The translations under genes and the position numbers were made by a program. The notes beneath the pieces were generated by a model. That model was not told the DNA's origin, searched no databases, and was given only the letters and a program-made list of their open reading frames with translations. Positions 24,201-36,688 of a DNA stretch of 64,000 bases are shown here, in pieces (the stretch's first letter is position 1; each line of letters starts with the position of its first letter). Source of the stretch: Phyllobates terribilis. Its lineage: Eukaryota. Where the stretch lies: positions 163,246,001-163,310,000 of the forward strand of contig NW_027362764.1 in NCBI RefSeq assembly GCF_046119375.1, given 5' to 3'.

Positions 24201-26951
24201 GTGGAGAGGAAACACTAACGCCAATGGAAACCTCTCCTACAGGCCTAATGTCTTGGGATTCTCCAACCTTCACTGGACAAAGACTGTCAGGGGGTCCCAA
24301 ACCACCGCAGTGGGACCGCAATCCAATTTTGTGACTGAGTTCTAGCTTCTGCTTTTCCTGACGAACATAGTCATCCTTCATGGATTCTGTGCAGAAAGCT
24401 GCCTCTACAGGCTGGGGAACAGGAGGTCTTTGGGAGGACAGAACATGGCGTGACGGTTTACCTCTACGCCTTGCACGTCTGGACTGCCTCTTGAGGTTGG
24501 GAAGAGAAGTATTCTGTGGAGCATAGTCATCCTGTGTGGATTCTGGGTGGGCAGCAGTCTCTTCAGGCTGGAGGACTGGTAGGCTACCTACACACATTAC
24601 CCATCGGGTCTGCTCCGGGATATTGGGAAGGGAAGCTTTAGCAGAGGCTTCAGGATTAGGGTCATCGAAGACCATTAGAAAGGCCACCAGGAAGGCCTGC
24701 AGGTCAAAGACGATAGGATCCCATGCTTCCCATAGGGGGGTGATCCATTTCAAGGCGTCACCCACTAGGTATGACATCATAAATGCCACTTTAACCAGAT
24801 CGGTAGGAAAATAGTGAGCATAGAACTTGAAATGCAGCATGCATTGCTCCAGAAATGCACGGCTTCATTTTGGATCCCCATAGTACCGTGGTGGATCCGC
24901 AGGAACGAGTGCTGATAGATCCATTTGGGCTGGTGCGTAAATCGCCTGGGCCATAGCTTGAGAATTTTTTTTTCTTGGTGCACGTATTCGCCAGACAAGG
25001 ATTCAAAATGTCTCTGAGAGCGAAAGGCCGTGGGGCTCAACGAGAACCATGGACTGAGCAAACTGTTACGCTCGCGCTCGGACTGACTGGTGTGAGCGTG
25101 ATTAGTGATCCCACTGTACCATGAACCGAGGAGTGCCTGGAGGGGCGTAACTAAGTATCAATCTGATCCAACCAAGGTTGCACGGCGGCTCAGTCGACTC
25201 CATGAACCAAGGAGGAACCGAGCAGAGGGACCAGGTGCTACTCCAGGTCAGACCCCGGTCACAGCTATTGACCCACACCGGGCAATGCAGGAACAGGCGA
25301 ATACTGGTAAGCATGGCCAGTATGCAGACAGGTGGGTACTGGCAAGTACGGCTGGTATGCAGACAGGTGGGTACTGGCAAGTACGGCTGGTATACAGACA
25401 GGTGGGCACTGGCAAGCACGGCTGGTATGCAGACAGGTGGGCACTGGCAAGCATGGCTGGTATGCAGACAGGTGGGCACTGGCAAGCATGGCTGGAATGC
25501 AGACAGGGAGGTACTAGCAGGTTGGAGCGCAGGCTGGATAGGGTCCAGTACAGACTAGGAGACAGGTACAGAGCCGCAGATGCGGTAGACAAGCAGAGTA
25601 AAGCGAAACCGCCGGAGCGGAGGACAAGGCAGAGCAGAGAGGAACTGCTGGTGCGGTGAGCAAGCAGAGCGGAGTGAAAACCGCAGGTGCGGTGGACAAG
25701 GCAGAGCAGAGAGGAACCTTCGGAGCCGTGGACAAGGCAGAGCAGAGCGAAACCGCAGGTGAAGTGGATGAGGCAGAGCAGAGCGAAACCGCAGGTGCGG
25801 TGGACAAGGCAGAGCAGAGTGGAACTGCCAGAGTGGTGGGCAAGGCAGAGCAGAGAGTAGCCGCCGGAGCGGTGGATAAGGCAAAGCAGAGGGAAGCCGC
25901 CGGAGTGGTGGGTAAGTCAGAGCAGAGAGAAGCTGCCGGAGTGGTGGGTAAGGCAGAGCAGAGGGAAGCCGCTGGAGCGGTGGGCAAGTCAGAGCAGAGA
26001 GAAAGCACTGGGGCGGTGAGCAGCAGAGCCGAACAGGGCTGAAGGTGCAGGCAGAGAGGACAGGGCTCTGTTCACATGGAACAGACTGGAAAATACAGGA
26101 AGATGGCTAGAACACAGGAAGAAGATACGGAGGAAGGGAAAAGGTACAAGCAGAACCAGATACACACAAGGTACTTACTATGAAGTAGCAAGTGGGCACA
26201 AAACTCACAAACAGAAATACAGAGACAACGAGTTAGAGTTAGGTGCAGGTTCAGATACTGTAGGAAAAGGGAAGGTACGGACATAGCGACAAACAGGTAA
26301 CAGGCTAGGATACAGTTCAGACAGGAACTGCTACTGCAATGAGATACAAGAACGAGCCTGGGTATACAGCCCCTAGAGTGGTGGAAACAGACTAGAAGTC
26401 ACAGGTAACAGGCCTGGGTATACAGCCCCCAGAGTGGCGGAAACAGACTAGAAGTCAAAGATAACAGGTCTGGGTATGCAGCCCCCAGAGTGGCGGAAAC
26501 AGACCAGAAGTCAAAGATAACAGGTCTGGGTATGCAGACCCCAGAGTGGCGGAAACAGACTAGAAGTCAGAGATAACAGGCCTGGGTATGCAGCCCCCAG
26601 GATGGCAGAAACAGACAAGATACAGGACAAGACCTGGCAATTCAGTTGCAAAGACAAACTGAGTGAAGGTGTTGCTCAGGCACCTCCTTCTGGGTGGAGG
26701 GGGTTTAAATATCCAGTGACTCACAGCAATAGGCTGGAGACGCATTAGGGGTGCGCCCACAGCAGCTATAAGAATCAGGAAGTAACCGAGCCGCCGCCCT
26801 AAGCAGTCAGTCAAGAGACATGCACACAGCATGAACTGGAGCAAGGTTTGCAGGCTGGACTGACAGGTAAGATTGCGGTCTTACATAGTGGGAGGTGGTG
26901 CACTATGCGGGAGGTGGTGCACTATGCAAGCACGCCGCCAGGGATGTTACA
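21280..26951 (-). mobile_element. Non-autonomous gag-only LTR retrotransposon with ~1.85-kb minisatellite-rich LTRs
   Basis: LTRs 21280-23121 and 25064-26951 (TGTTAC..GTTACA). 5-bp TSD CAGAA. PPT AAAAGGGGGGGTAC on the minus strand next to 23121. The 1.94-kb interior has no pol motifs. Confidence 0.93.
24061..24954 (-). pseudogene. gag: Ty3-type gag remnant
   Basis: MAQAIY..PPRYYGDPK(stop)SRAFLEQC..KVAFMMSYLVGDALKW..VFDDP. Degenerate knuckle LRSHCGGLGP..LCP. Confidence 0.8.
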
Positions 26952-29049
26952 CAGAAACAGTGTCTGTGGGTGACACCACTGCTTCTTCCACTGTTGTGCG
27001 TGCACGCCAATCCCCTGTCCATGGCGCATGTGAAGATGCCTCTGTAAGCCAGGATCCAGTCGAACCTTGGGACGGACAAGTCCTCACGCCGCCGAGTATT
27101 GCGGGCCCTGGGTCAATCAGGGTTGCCCCCACATTCTACAGCTCCTGCATTTCCTCCTCCTCTTCAACCTCCATTTCCGAAATGACCACATCAGTCAGAA
27201 GCTGGAAGCACTGCAGCACTGCCTCAGCCAAGTGGCAGCAGGCTGTGCTGAAGCTAATATGCTTAGGTGACAAACTGCACACCGCTGAAAAGTTGTGGAC
27301 AGCTCCGAAAGAGCAGGCAGATCTGTGGCTGGCATTGCTGAACCTACAGCCAGGCATGGTCGTGTGTGACAATGGCCGGAACCTGATGGCGGCTCTGAAG
27401 CGAGGTGAGCTCACACACGTACCATGCCTGGCCCATGTGCTTAACCTCATGGTTCAGCTGTTTCTCAAAACCTATCCAGATCTGTCTTATCTGCTTGTTA
27501 ATGTACTCCGCGTGTGTGCCCATTTTAGAGAGTCGGCTACAGCTTCAGCCGCCCTTGCCATGCTTCAGCAGCGTTTGCAGCTTCCAGCTCACTGACTGGT
27601 GTGCGATGTCCCCACACGTTGGAACTCTACATTGCAGATGTTGGGAAGGATTTGTGAGAAGAAGAGGGCAGTTGTTGACTACCAGCATCAACACCGCCAT
27701 CGGTATTCAGGTCAGACTCCACACATTAGACCTCAGGAGTGGACATGGATGTCAGACATTTGTACCATACTCCAAAACTTTGAGGAATCCACCAAGATGG
27801 TGAGCGTCGATGACGCCATACTTAGCGTCACCATCCTGCTTCTCTGTCTTCTGAAATGCTCCCTGCTCACAATTAAAGAGGATGCATTGCAGGCAGAGCA
27901 CAATGAGATGGAGCAAATAACCATACAGGGTGATTCCACACAGCCCAGCCTTATCTCATCCCAATGTGGATTGGGTGACAATGAAGAGGAGGATGAGGAG
28001 GAAGAACAGGAGCTAGTTTCCTGCACTTTAGACGGTAATACCTGCACAACTGTCATACCGTGTGTTCAGCGTGGATGGCCTGAAGACAGGGAGGAGGAGG
28101 AAGAGGAGGATGAGGAGGATGAGGAGGATGAGGAGCAGAGGATGGTCAGTCGTCCTCTTGGTGAGGACATGGAAGTCTTGCCTTTTTGCAGTCTGGCACA
28201 CATGACTGAGTTTATGTTATGCTGCCTTTCCCGTGACCCTCACGTTGTCCAAATTTTGGGTGACAGTCATTACTGGTTGGTGACACTTCTAGACCCACGC
28301 TACAAGGAGAACTTTCTCTTATTTCCACGCAGGACAGGCCTAATAAATGGGTCAGTAGCAGAAGGCCCTTGTTGCGTAATTATTTAAAAAATTCACATCT
28401 GAAAACGCTGGTGGCAGAGGTCATAGTTCGTTGGACAACCAAGGAGTACAGGCGAGAGAGACACAAATGCAATTCAGAAGAGGCAGGGGAACACTGTCAA
28501 ACTTCTGGGACAGTTTTCTCAGACCCTCCCATCGCACAGGCCCTGAGGCGTAGGGTACTCTCACAATGAGGGAAAAGTTTCGGAAGATGGTGAGGGAGTA
28601 CCTTGCCGACCATACCAACGTCCTCTGTGATTCCTCTGTGCCTTATAATTATTGGGTATCCAAGCTGGACACGTGGAATGAACTGTCTCTCTACGCCTTT
28701 GAGGTCCTGGCCTGCCCTGCCGCTAGCGTTTTGTCAGAGCGAGTTTTTAGTGCTGCTGGTGGAATTATAACCGATAGGCGCATCCGCCTGTCAACTGAAA
28801 ATGCTGACAGGCTGACTCTTAGAAAAATGAACAAGCACTGGATTTGGCCAGACTTTTCAACACCACTGAATGATAGCAGCGTAGCACTGTCTTTTTTTGG
28901 GAGGTCTAACTCTATTTGCATGCACTTTTGTCTTCACACCCAGACATGGGTATAAGCTTCCTGATTTTGTCTATTTGCTCTGGTCCTCCTCCTTCTCCTC
29001 ATCCTCATCCTCTACCACCATATCACCACAATATCTACCATATCACCAT

Positions 29050-29945
29050 ATCTACATCTCTTGCAAGGGGCATTGTAGTTCCTCCAAATTTTTTGCAGCT
29101 GTTGCATTTATTGCATAGGCAAACAGTATGGGAGACCCACTTCCTAATAATGGGAGCATTGTTTTCAGGAGGCTCTCTGACCTCTGCGTCTCTTGCAAGG
29201 GACATTGGAGTTTCTCCAAATTTTTGGCAGCTGTTGCATTCACTGCATAGGCAAACAGTATGGGAACCCACTTCCTATAAATGGGAACATTGTTTTCAGG
29301 AGGCCCTCCGACCTCTACGTCTTTTGCAAATGACATTGGAGTTCCTCCAAATTTTTGGCAGCTGTCTCATTCACTGAATAGGCAAACAGTATGGGAGACT
29401 CACTTCCTAATAATGGGAACATTGTTTTCAGGAGGCCCTCTGACCTCTATGTCTCTTGCAAGGGACATTGGAGTTCCTCCAAATTTTCGTCAGCTTTTGC
29501 ATTCACTGTATAGGCAAACAGTATGGGAGACCCACTCCTTTCTAATGGGAACATGACATTACTGTGGCCCAGCTCTATGTGTCTTTAAATTGTTATTGGG
29601 GGTATTTCCTAAATTTTGGCAGCTATTGGACTCACTGCATACCCTATAACTGTATAGCGGACCCGCTGCTTTCTAACGGGAAAATGTCGTTACTGTGTCC
29701 CATCTCTATGTGTCTTTAAATTGTTAATGGGGTTTTTCCCAAATTTTAGCAGCCCTTGCAGTCACTGCATGGGCATTACCACTATAGGAGACAAACTCCT
29801 TTATAATGGGAACATTTTTTTTTACTTAGACCCTCCTCATTGTCTCTTCAAAGGGGTATTGGGGTGCGTCCACATTTTTGGCAGCTCTTGCAGTCACTGC
29901 ATACGCAATAACAGTATATGAGACCCACTCGTTAATAATGGGAAC
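29050..29945. repeat. ~132-bp subterminal tandem repeat of the hAT (~7 progressively diverged copies)
   Basis: CC(TC)CAAATTTT..GCAGCT..GCATAGGCAAACAGTATGGGAGACCCAC near 29081, 29213, 29344, 29476, 29606, 29738 and 29870. Mirrored at 63540-64000. Confidence 0.9.
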
Positions 29946-30833
29946 AACAAAGCATAGCCGACTGCTGGCCCTTTAAGAATAGTAAGGGCTGCCTGATGGC
30001 CCTATAAGAATAGGCTTTGTGACTTGCAGAGTCCTTCCTTCATAAATGAAATAGGATGTGTCTGATCATGTCTCACACACCACATGGCCAGATAAGGTAG
30101 TAAAATGATAAAATGACATTTCCCGGTGAATGCATTTTTCACCGTTGAAAGCAATGAAAAAGTGCAAAAACGCATCAAAAACCCTAAGTGTGAATATAGC
30201 CCAAAGTGTGGAGGAGAATTTTTGGTTATTTATTTTGCCTTATATACAAGTCATTACCCTGGAAAGGATGTTCCTTAACATTTTTCCTAGGAAAATCCAT
30301 TTTGGTTTCGTTTTTGTATGTTTTATTGTGAGTCTGTAAAAGCGGCGTAATACCTCTGACAACGTTGTTGACAGCAGTGACCTGGGAGTCAGAGATGCTT
30401 CCAGGGGTCTTCCCCATGCTGTTCCCATGTAATTTGAGCACTGTTCCCATCGACTTGGGCAATTTTTATGCCCTCTGCAAACTGCTGGGGGGAGCCACCT
30501 GAAAAATGCTCAAGTTTCCCATAGACTTACATTGGGCTCGTTACTTGGACCAAGCACTCAAGCATTCCAATTTGCTCGACCCGAGCAACGAGTACCCGAG
30601 CATTTTAGTGCTCGCTCATCACTAATCCCCAGTCCTCTTTATAGATCCAGTAGAAGCAAAATGCTGCAATATGGCTCTATGGACGCTCCAAAACCTATAG
30701 AACGTGTAAAAGTCTATAAGGTCCACATTGTACTTCTATAGGGCCACAAGGATTGATACTGATATTATCCAGATTGTGTGGTTTATTCTTTCAAATTGTT
30801 CTCTTCTATAAGTTTCTGAGGCCCTTTCTTTAA

Positions 30834-31232
30834 GGGTTCGTTCACACAAGCATATAAAAAATCTGTCCCATTCTCATCCAGAAAAGTGGTATGATTTTTT
30901 TCTCACTTGTCATCCGTGTGCTGTCCGTATACAATCCGTTTTTTTACTCATCAGTTATTTAATCTTTTACAGGACCATTTACAGTTTCCTATGCTACAGA
31001 ATTGTAATGTAAATCGGATGCCATACTGATGGTCCATTTAACATCTGTTTTTTTTCCTCACACCTATCTGATTTCGAAGTCAAATCACAGCATGCTGTGA
31101 TGTTTTTGCGCATAGAGCTGAGAAAAAATACGCAGATCTGCACTGCATTATTGAATAACATTGGTTCGAGTGAAATACCATTTTTTTCTTGCATTGCACT
31201 CGTCTGATTTACATGCAAGTGTGCGCGAATCC
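30834..31232. mobile_element. PIF/Harbinger-like MITE
   Basis: TAA|GGGTTCGTTCACAC ... GTGTGCGCGAATCC|TAA. Confidence 0.65.
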
Positions 31233-32174
31233 TAAAAGTTAAAATATTTATTCCATGGCCTGTTATATTCTAGAGTTGGTACGAATCAATTTGCAGGACC
31301 CGGTGCATTGGCCAGGTCAGGCAGGATTCGGTTCTCAAGGTTCCCATCCAGCACTCTGTGATTACTGATCTGGTCGATGGACCTGGTTCTGCGAATAGCT
31401 TTGCATCAGCTCTATTATATTCCCATGATTACTTGGTGAGGAGAAGCCTTGAACAATATGCAAAATCATGTCAAATGGCAGCAATGAGCAATCGGTTTCT
31501 GTACTGTAGTTAGGTGATGGTGAATTATTGGACATCAGTGAAATCCAGGGTAATGCAAAATTCATACATAGTATATTGCAAAACTGTTTATTTTTACATT
31601 TTTGGAACACTGTGTTCAGTTTTACAAGCCCAGGAAACCACTTTATGGTACAATTGTCAGTTCTATTAATATATAAGCAGTGCACAAGTCAGAAATGTGT
31701 ATTTGTGAGATGTTTTTCTTCCTACTTTTGCATTATAACATCTATTTTGGACATTAGCAAACGTTTGGTTTTAGTAATATTTGCCTTTTATAAGTATTGC
31801 ATTCTCAGAAATTGCAGAAATAAAAAAATAAAATATGGACTCTACCTAGAGTGATATCACTTGGTCCTGTTGGTCCTCCCTAACTATGATTCAGACATAC
31901 TATCATGGAGGAAAGTCTCTTTCATTTTTCCTTCTGGCTGTGTTGCCATTATTTGCACAGAATTTTTCAGTGTTGCATGATGTTTGATAGAATAGGAGCA
32001 TCTTAAGATATTACACTTTGCCTCCTGCCTGAAATGAGTTTGCAACTTTTTTGCGAATTCTTTGAAAACTCACAATTTATAAATCTGGCTCCAATGAAAC
32101 CTCACATCTGATACATTTTGCATGATCCATGGGCAGCATGTATCAGACACTGGCTGTATGATCTCATCCATGTA

Positions 32175-32345
32175 TAATAATAATAATAATCTTTATTTAT
32201 ATAGTGCCAACATATTCCGCAGCGCTTTACAATGCAGAGGTTCATATACAACAGTCATAAGTAACTTAGCTAAAGATAATACAATAATTAAAGCAAAAAT
32301 AATGACGACCCTGCTCGTAAGAGCTTACAATCTACAATCTACAAT
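32175..32345 (-). mobile_element. Probable L2/CR1-type LINE/SINE 3' tail
   Basis: (AAT)n followed by CTTTATTTATATAGTGCCAAC..GCAGCGCTTTACA, i.e. a GGCACTATATAAATAAAG(ATT)n tail on the minus strand. Family assignment is from recall only. Confidence 0.45.
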
Positions 32346-34471
32346 ACATACTATCATGTATGTTTGACTCTGAAACGCTGTGATGTTTCGGAGAGAAATA
32401 TAGTTTAAAAACTGCCGGGACCCGAGTGGTGCTGCAGACTAGTCAGACAGGTGTGTCCATGGCGGCTTCTCCCCGCCCTGGAGTAATAGGCCTCTCCTTA
32501 TTCCCGCACATAGGAAGAGACCTGTTAATCCAGGACACCGGGCGAGGAGAAGCTTTTAAAGTATGTTTTAAAACCTGTGGGGTGGCTTTTAAAATATGTT
32601 TTTCTCTGAAATGCTGCAATATTTCAGAGTAATACATGCCTGACTGAGATCATACAACCAGTGTCTGATACATGCTGCCCGTATATCGAGCAGCATGTAT
32701 CAGCTGTCAAGTTGTCTGTAAAGGGATTGTTTTGTGTCTGTTCTTCAGGACTGCACTGCTCTCTTGCCTCTTAGCTTCCTGCTTATCAGGGGGCGGTGCA
32801 CTTCCGAAGATGGGCAGTTTGGCTGGCAGCATGGCTGAGTTGCTGGGCTGAACTACGTGTTCTCTAGGGCTATGTTCACACAAGTTTTTTTTTGTCTGCA
32901 GCAAAACCTGATCTCCTGGCAGGAAAGAAAGCTGCATCAGAAATGCAGATTTTGGTGCATTTTTTGGTGCGTTTTTCAGCATCCCAAAAGTTCAGCTTTG
33001 CTTCCACCACAGAAGCATGAACACAGGTCACCAATGCAAGACATATGTGAAAACATATTAACCAGAATTTCAAATGTATCAGTCTGGGGAGGTGAATTGT
33101 TCAGGAATAGTTTTTCTAAGACACTGGCAGTGCATTGACTTTGTATGACACTATTTACTTTCACATTGTGGTCTGCCATTCAGTTGCACAGGCATTGTTC
33201 AATTTCACACCTCCCTGGGCCACAAGTATTGTTCAATATCACAGGTAGCTCAGCCAAAGTTTACACTGTACACATCACTAATTTAATTAAACTCTCCTAA
33301 TACAAGCTACCATCTCAGTGACCAAGACAAGATGATAAAATAACAAAAATAAATGTGTTTCTGTCATGGGTGTGTCAGGTTTGACAGACAGTCATTTTGG
33401 ATCCAGCTGTAGAATGTCGCTGCGGTGATCCAGCGGTGATCTCCTCCTTCTGCCGCTAATTAACACACCCTTGCTAGATCTTTAAATACCCTCAGTTTCT
33501 CCAGAGAGTTGCTGGCGATAGAGTTAATTCCCCTGTTCAGTTCTATAGTTCTGGCAGTCGGCTGGATTCTTCTTGGAGTTCCTTTGTAGATTCTGGTCGT
33601 CTTCTCTCTGGTGTCTTCTCAAAGCTAAGTGTATCCCCTTGTATGTTTCCCTTGTTTGTCTTTAGTTGCAGTGGGGCTGACTAGTGCTCACCCCTCCCAC
33701 TCCCAACCTAGGGCCTAACTCTAGGGTCAGCCAGGGCTAAGGTATCCTGTTCGGCTCAGGTATCCCAAGTCCAATCTTTCTGGCCCTGAGAGACAAGCTA
33801 TGAATTATTTCATTGCTGAGAGTCTGGAGAAGTTACATATCAGACCCTCATCTTCACCCGTGGTGGCAGGATTCTTCTTCGTTAAGAAGAAAGATGGGGT
33901 TCTCCGTCCCTGTTTAGATTTCCGGGAATTGAATCAAATTACTGTCCGAGATCCTTATCCTGTTCCACTGATTCCAGTTTTATTCAATCAGGTTGTGGGA
34001 GCTAAGGAGTTCTCCAAGTTGGACTTAAGGGGAGCCTACAATCTGGTAAGAATCAAAGAAGGGGATGAATGGAAAATGGCATTCAATACCCTGTGGGGCA
34101 TTTCGAGAGTCTGGTTATGCCTTTTGGTTTAACCAATGCACCTGCGGTGTTCTAACATTTCATAAACAATATTTTCCATCATTTAGTGGGCAGGTTTGTG
34201 GTGGTCTATCTGGATGATATTTTGGTTTACTCACCTGATTTTGAGACGCATCAGGGTCATGTTAAACAGGTACTACAGACAGTAAGAGATAAACTATATG
34301 CCAAACTTGAGAAATGTGTTTGTGCTGTTCAGGAGGTACAATTTTTGGGATACCTGTTGTCATCATCAGGTTTTTGGATGGATCCGGAGAAGATCCATGC
34401 TGTACTTGATTGGGACCGTCCAAGAACCTGAAGGCATTACAGTGCTTTCTGGGATTTACTCATTTTTACCA

Positions 34472-35012
34472 TAGGGAAAATATATATTCTTGTACCGTGC
34501 TAGCCAGTAGGTAGAAAAATATTTACATTTGAGAGTCCTCAGTGGTTGATACCTTTTAATGGCTAATTGAAAAGATGGTAACAAATTGCAAGCTTTCGAG
34601 ACTACTCAGGTCTCTTCATCAGGCAGAGTATACCACAAAAGCTGTAGAGTCACATATTTATACACAATAAGACACACAAGAAAAAAAAAATGAAATAGGT
34701 AAGACAGGTGATGAAAAACAGAGTTATTATGGAAGAGATAAACAGTTCTGGCTATAAATATTTTAGCAGTTAATAGATAAGGAGTGTGAAGGTTTTATTG
34801 TCCTGTGACCAGGTCCAGTGTTGTGATGGCCTCACAATTCTGAGGAGCACATTCCTTGATGTAGAATGACATAAATCCATGCGACACATTCATTCCTGCT
34901 CTGAAAGTGTTAAAGGTCATCATCAGTTTATATTCTGAGATTCTTCTTTCTCTTTGAGATTTGAAGTTACCTTTTAATACTAGTAATTTCATATCTTTTA
35001 TGCTGTGATGAG
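34472..35012 (-). mobile_element. Penelope-like element 3' fragment (GIY-YIG C-terminus plus pseudo-LTR)
   Basis: HHSIKDMKLLVLKGNF..RERRISEYKLMMTFNTFRAGMN resembles the PLE endonuclease C-terminus (R..E..GLN type). The downstream region carries a hammerhead core. Confidence 0.75.
34587..34625 (-). ncRNA. Minimal type I hammerhead ribozyme motif
   Basis: UGC-CUGAUGA-A-GAGAC-CUGAGUA-GUCUC-GAAA-GC-UU-GCA: intact core boxes, 5-bp helix II, palindromic AAGCUU helix III, 3-bp helix I. Confidence 0.75.
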
Positions 35013-35015
35013 GGG

Positions 35016-35617
35016 AACATCGCTGCTGAGTCACGGTTTTGGTGACGCAACAGTGACCTCACCAGCGATGTCGCTATATGTGACACTTTGCAGCGATCAG
35101 GCCCCTGCTGTGAGGTCGCTGATCGCTGCAAAATGTCCTGGACCATTTTTTGGTCTTTGCCCTCCCGCTGGTCAGCACACATCACTGTGTGTGACCAGCG
35201 GGACCAGCGATCAGGCTGGTAACCATGATAAACAGCGGGTTACTAGGGGCACACGCGCACTTAGTAACCCGCTGTTTATCATGTTTATCATGGTTACCAC
35301 TCTGCTACGGTGAGCGGTAACCTCCCGCTCACCGTAGCAGAGTGGTAACCATGATAAACAGCGGGTTACTAGGTGCGCGTGTGCCCCTAGTAACCCACTG
35401 TTTATCATGGTTACCAGCCTGTTCCTGCTTCAGCAGGCTGGTAACCAGGAGCAGGACATCGTGGAAAGATTCTTTCCATGATGTCGCTGCTCCACTGATC
35501 GCTGGTGAGCCTGCCTGTTTGACAGCTCACCAGCGATCACATAGCGACGCAGCAACGATCCCTGACAGGTCGTATCGTTGTCGGGATTGCTGTAGCATCG
35601 CTAAGTGTGACGGGGCC
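35016..35617. mobile_element. Harbinger-like fold-back MITE with nested palindromes (left end truncated)
   Basis: Right end GTGTGACGGGGCC|TTA. Perfect 36-bp inverted arms around 35315. Confidence 0.75.
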
Positions 35618-35744
35618 TTAACTCTGTGCTTGCTGGTCATTAAGGTGGTAAGGCAACTGCGGACCTCCTTTCTCATCATTTTTGGTGGATGGGGTTGCAT
35701 CAGGATGTGGTTGAACATGTGTCTTCTTGCAATATTTGCGCACG

Positions 35745-36688
35745 TGTAATGGACACAAAAGGGCCTCTAAGAGGAATCTTACAGGGTGCTTCAAAGATAG
35801 AGAGAGATTGCCATCTGCTGGTCAGGCACAGTCATGCGGAACCGAGATGTACAAGAGAAGTTGAAGGGGGAGCAGATTTAGACGCTGGACTCAGTCAGGT
35901 GACTTCCAGGAAGGTACAAGAGGCCAGCGCGCCAAGCCTGAGGGGTTTGTGGTGCCAAGCAGCAGAGAGGAGCAGACGTGCTCCCTGCGTGCTGAGAAGC
36001 CCCGCGTGGCAGGTTTAAGCCTGAGGCCTGCGAGGTGCCACAGCCGGGCACCGGTGAATGAGCTCCGGATCCCTCACAGATGTGACTCGAGTGTTGTGCC
36101 TACTGAAGAGAGTCGGAACCTGCTTGCGGTGCTGAGTGAGTTTGCGGAACCCGAAGTCGCCCGCCGACAGACAAAGTCTGGACCCCCCTACCCTCGGCTT
36201 GAGAGACTGCCTCCAACGGCCAGGAAGAGAGGAGTTGGGAGACTGCTGAGCCAGGAAAGTCACGCCAGTGAAAGCAAAGGAGCTGCATGCGTGAACAGGG
36301 CCGTCACTTCTACTGTTCACTCACGGTACCAGGGTCAGTTGGGTTTAGGTACTCAGGTTGGGTGGGGAGCAGTTGGGGCGGAAGAAGCTAAACTTGTTCT
36401 AATTGATTTTGTCCGGAAGAGACTTGCAGCCTAGCGGGAATAACCGGTGACCCCCACTAGGGCCCTATACAGAGATAAAGAACTGACGTGGTGACTCCCC
36501 TGACTGGGTGCACCACATTACTTTGAGAGACTTTGTATTTTGCTAATATTTCAAATTACCATTCAATACCCTTGTTGTTATCCCCTTGTTAAGAATACCT
36601 GTTTTATATATACATAAACTGTTTATAATCATCTCCCACTCTCCTTGCCTTGTGTCTGTGTGCGTTGCATTCCGGCACCTGCATTACA
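35745..36688. mobile_element. Solo LTR (944 bp)
   Basis: TGTAAT...ATTACA termini. 4-bp TSD CACG. The integrase frame (CNICAR|SNVSH) resumes after it. Confidence 0.9.

Larger units (their letters stand above)
15141..28880 (+). pseudogene. hAT transposase split into three pieces (15141-15571, 21014-21279, 26957-28880) by LTR insertions
   Basis: MGKMRGKGRG start; BED finger VWLFF..ICTI..CMIRHMAAKH; VVCDNG, PCLAHVLNL, CDVPTRWNS, CPAASVLSERVFSAAG. The segment carrying the first catalytic Asp (xTTDTWT) is missing. Stops and frameshifts. Confidence 0.92.
14110..30624 (+). mobile_element. hAT transposon expanded to 16.5 kb by two nested LTR elements
   Basis: TIRs TAGTGACGAGCG (14110) and CGCTCATCACTA (30624). 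8-bp TSD ATTCCCAG (14102-14109) / ATCCCCAG (30625-30632), 7/8 identical. Confidence 0.93.

Noticed and set aside
32122-32690. ~45-bp inverted repeat pair (32122-32165 / 32645-32690)
   Set aside because: Most simply the internal arms of an ordinary MITE; termini and TSD could not be defined.
30650-33350. Possible host exons among the short ORFs here, at 43100-47200 and at 56800-58680
   Set aside because: No recognisable protein motif and no convincing splice-bounded frame; most ORFs overlap MITEs.
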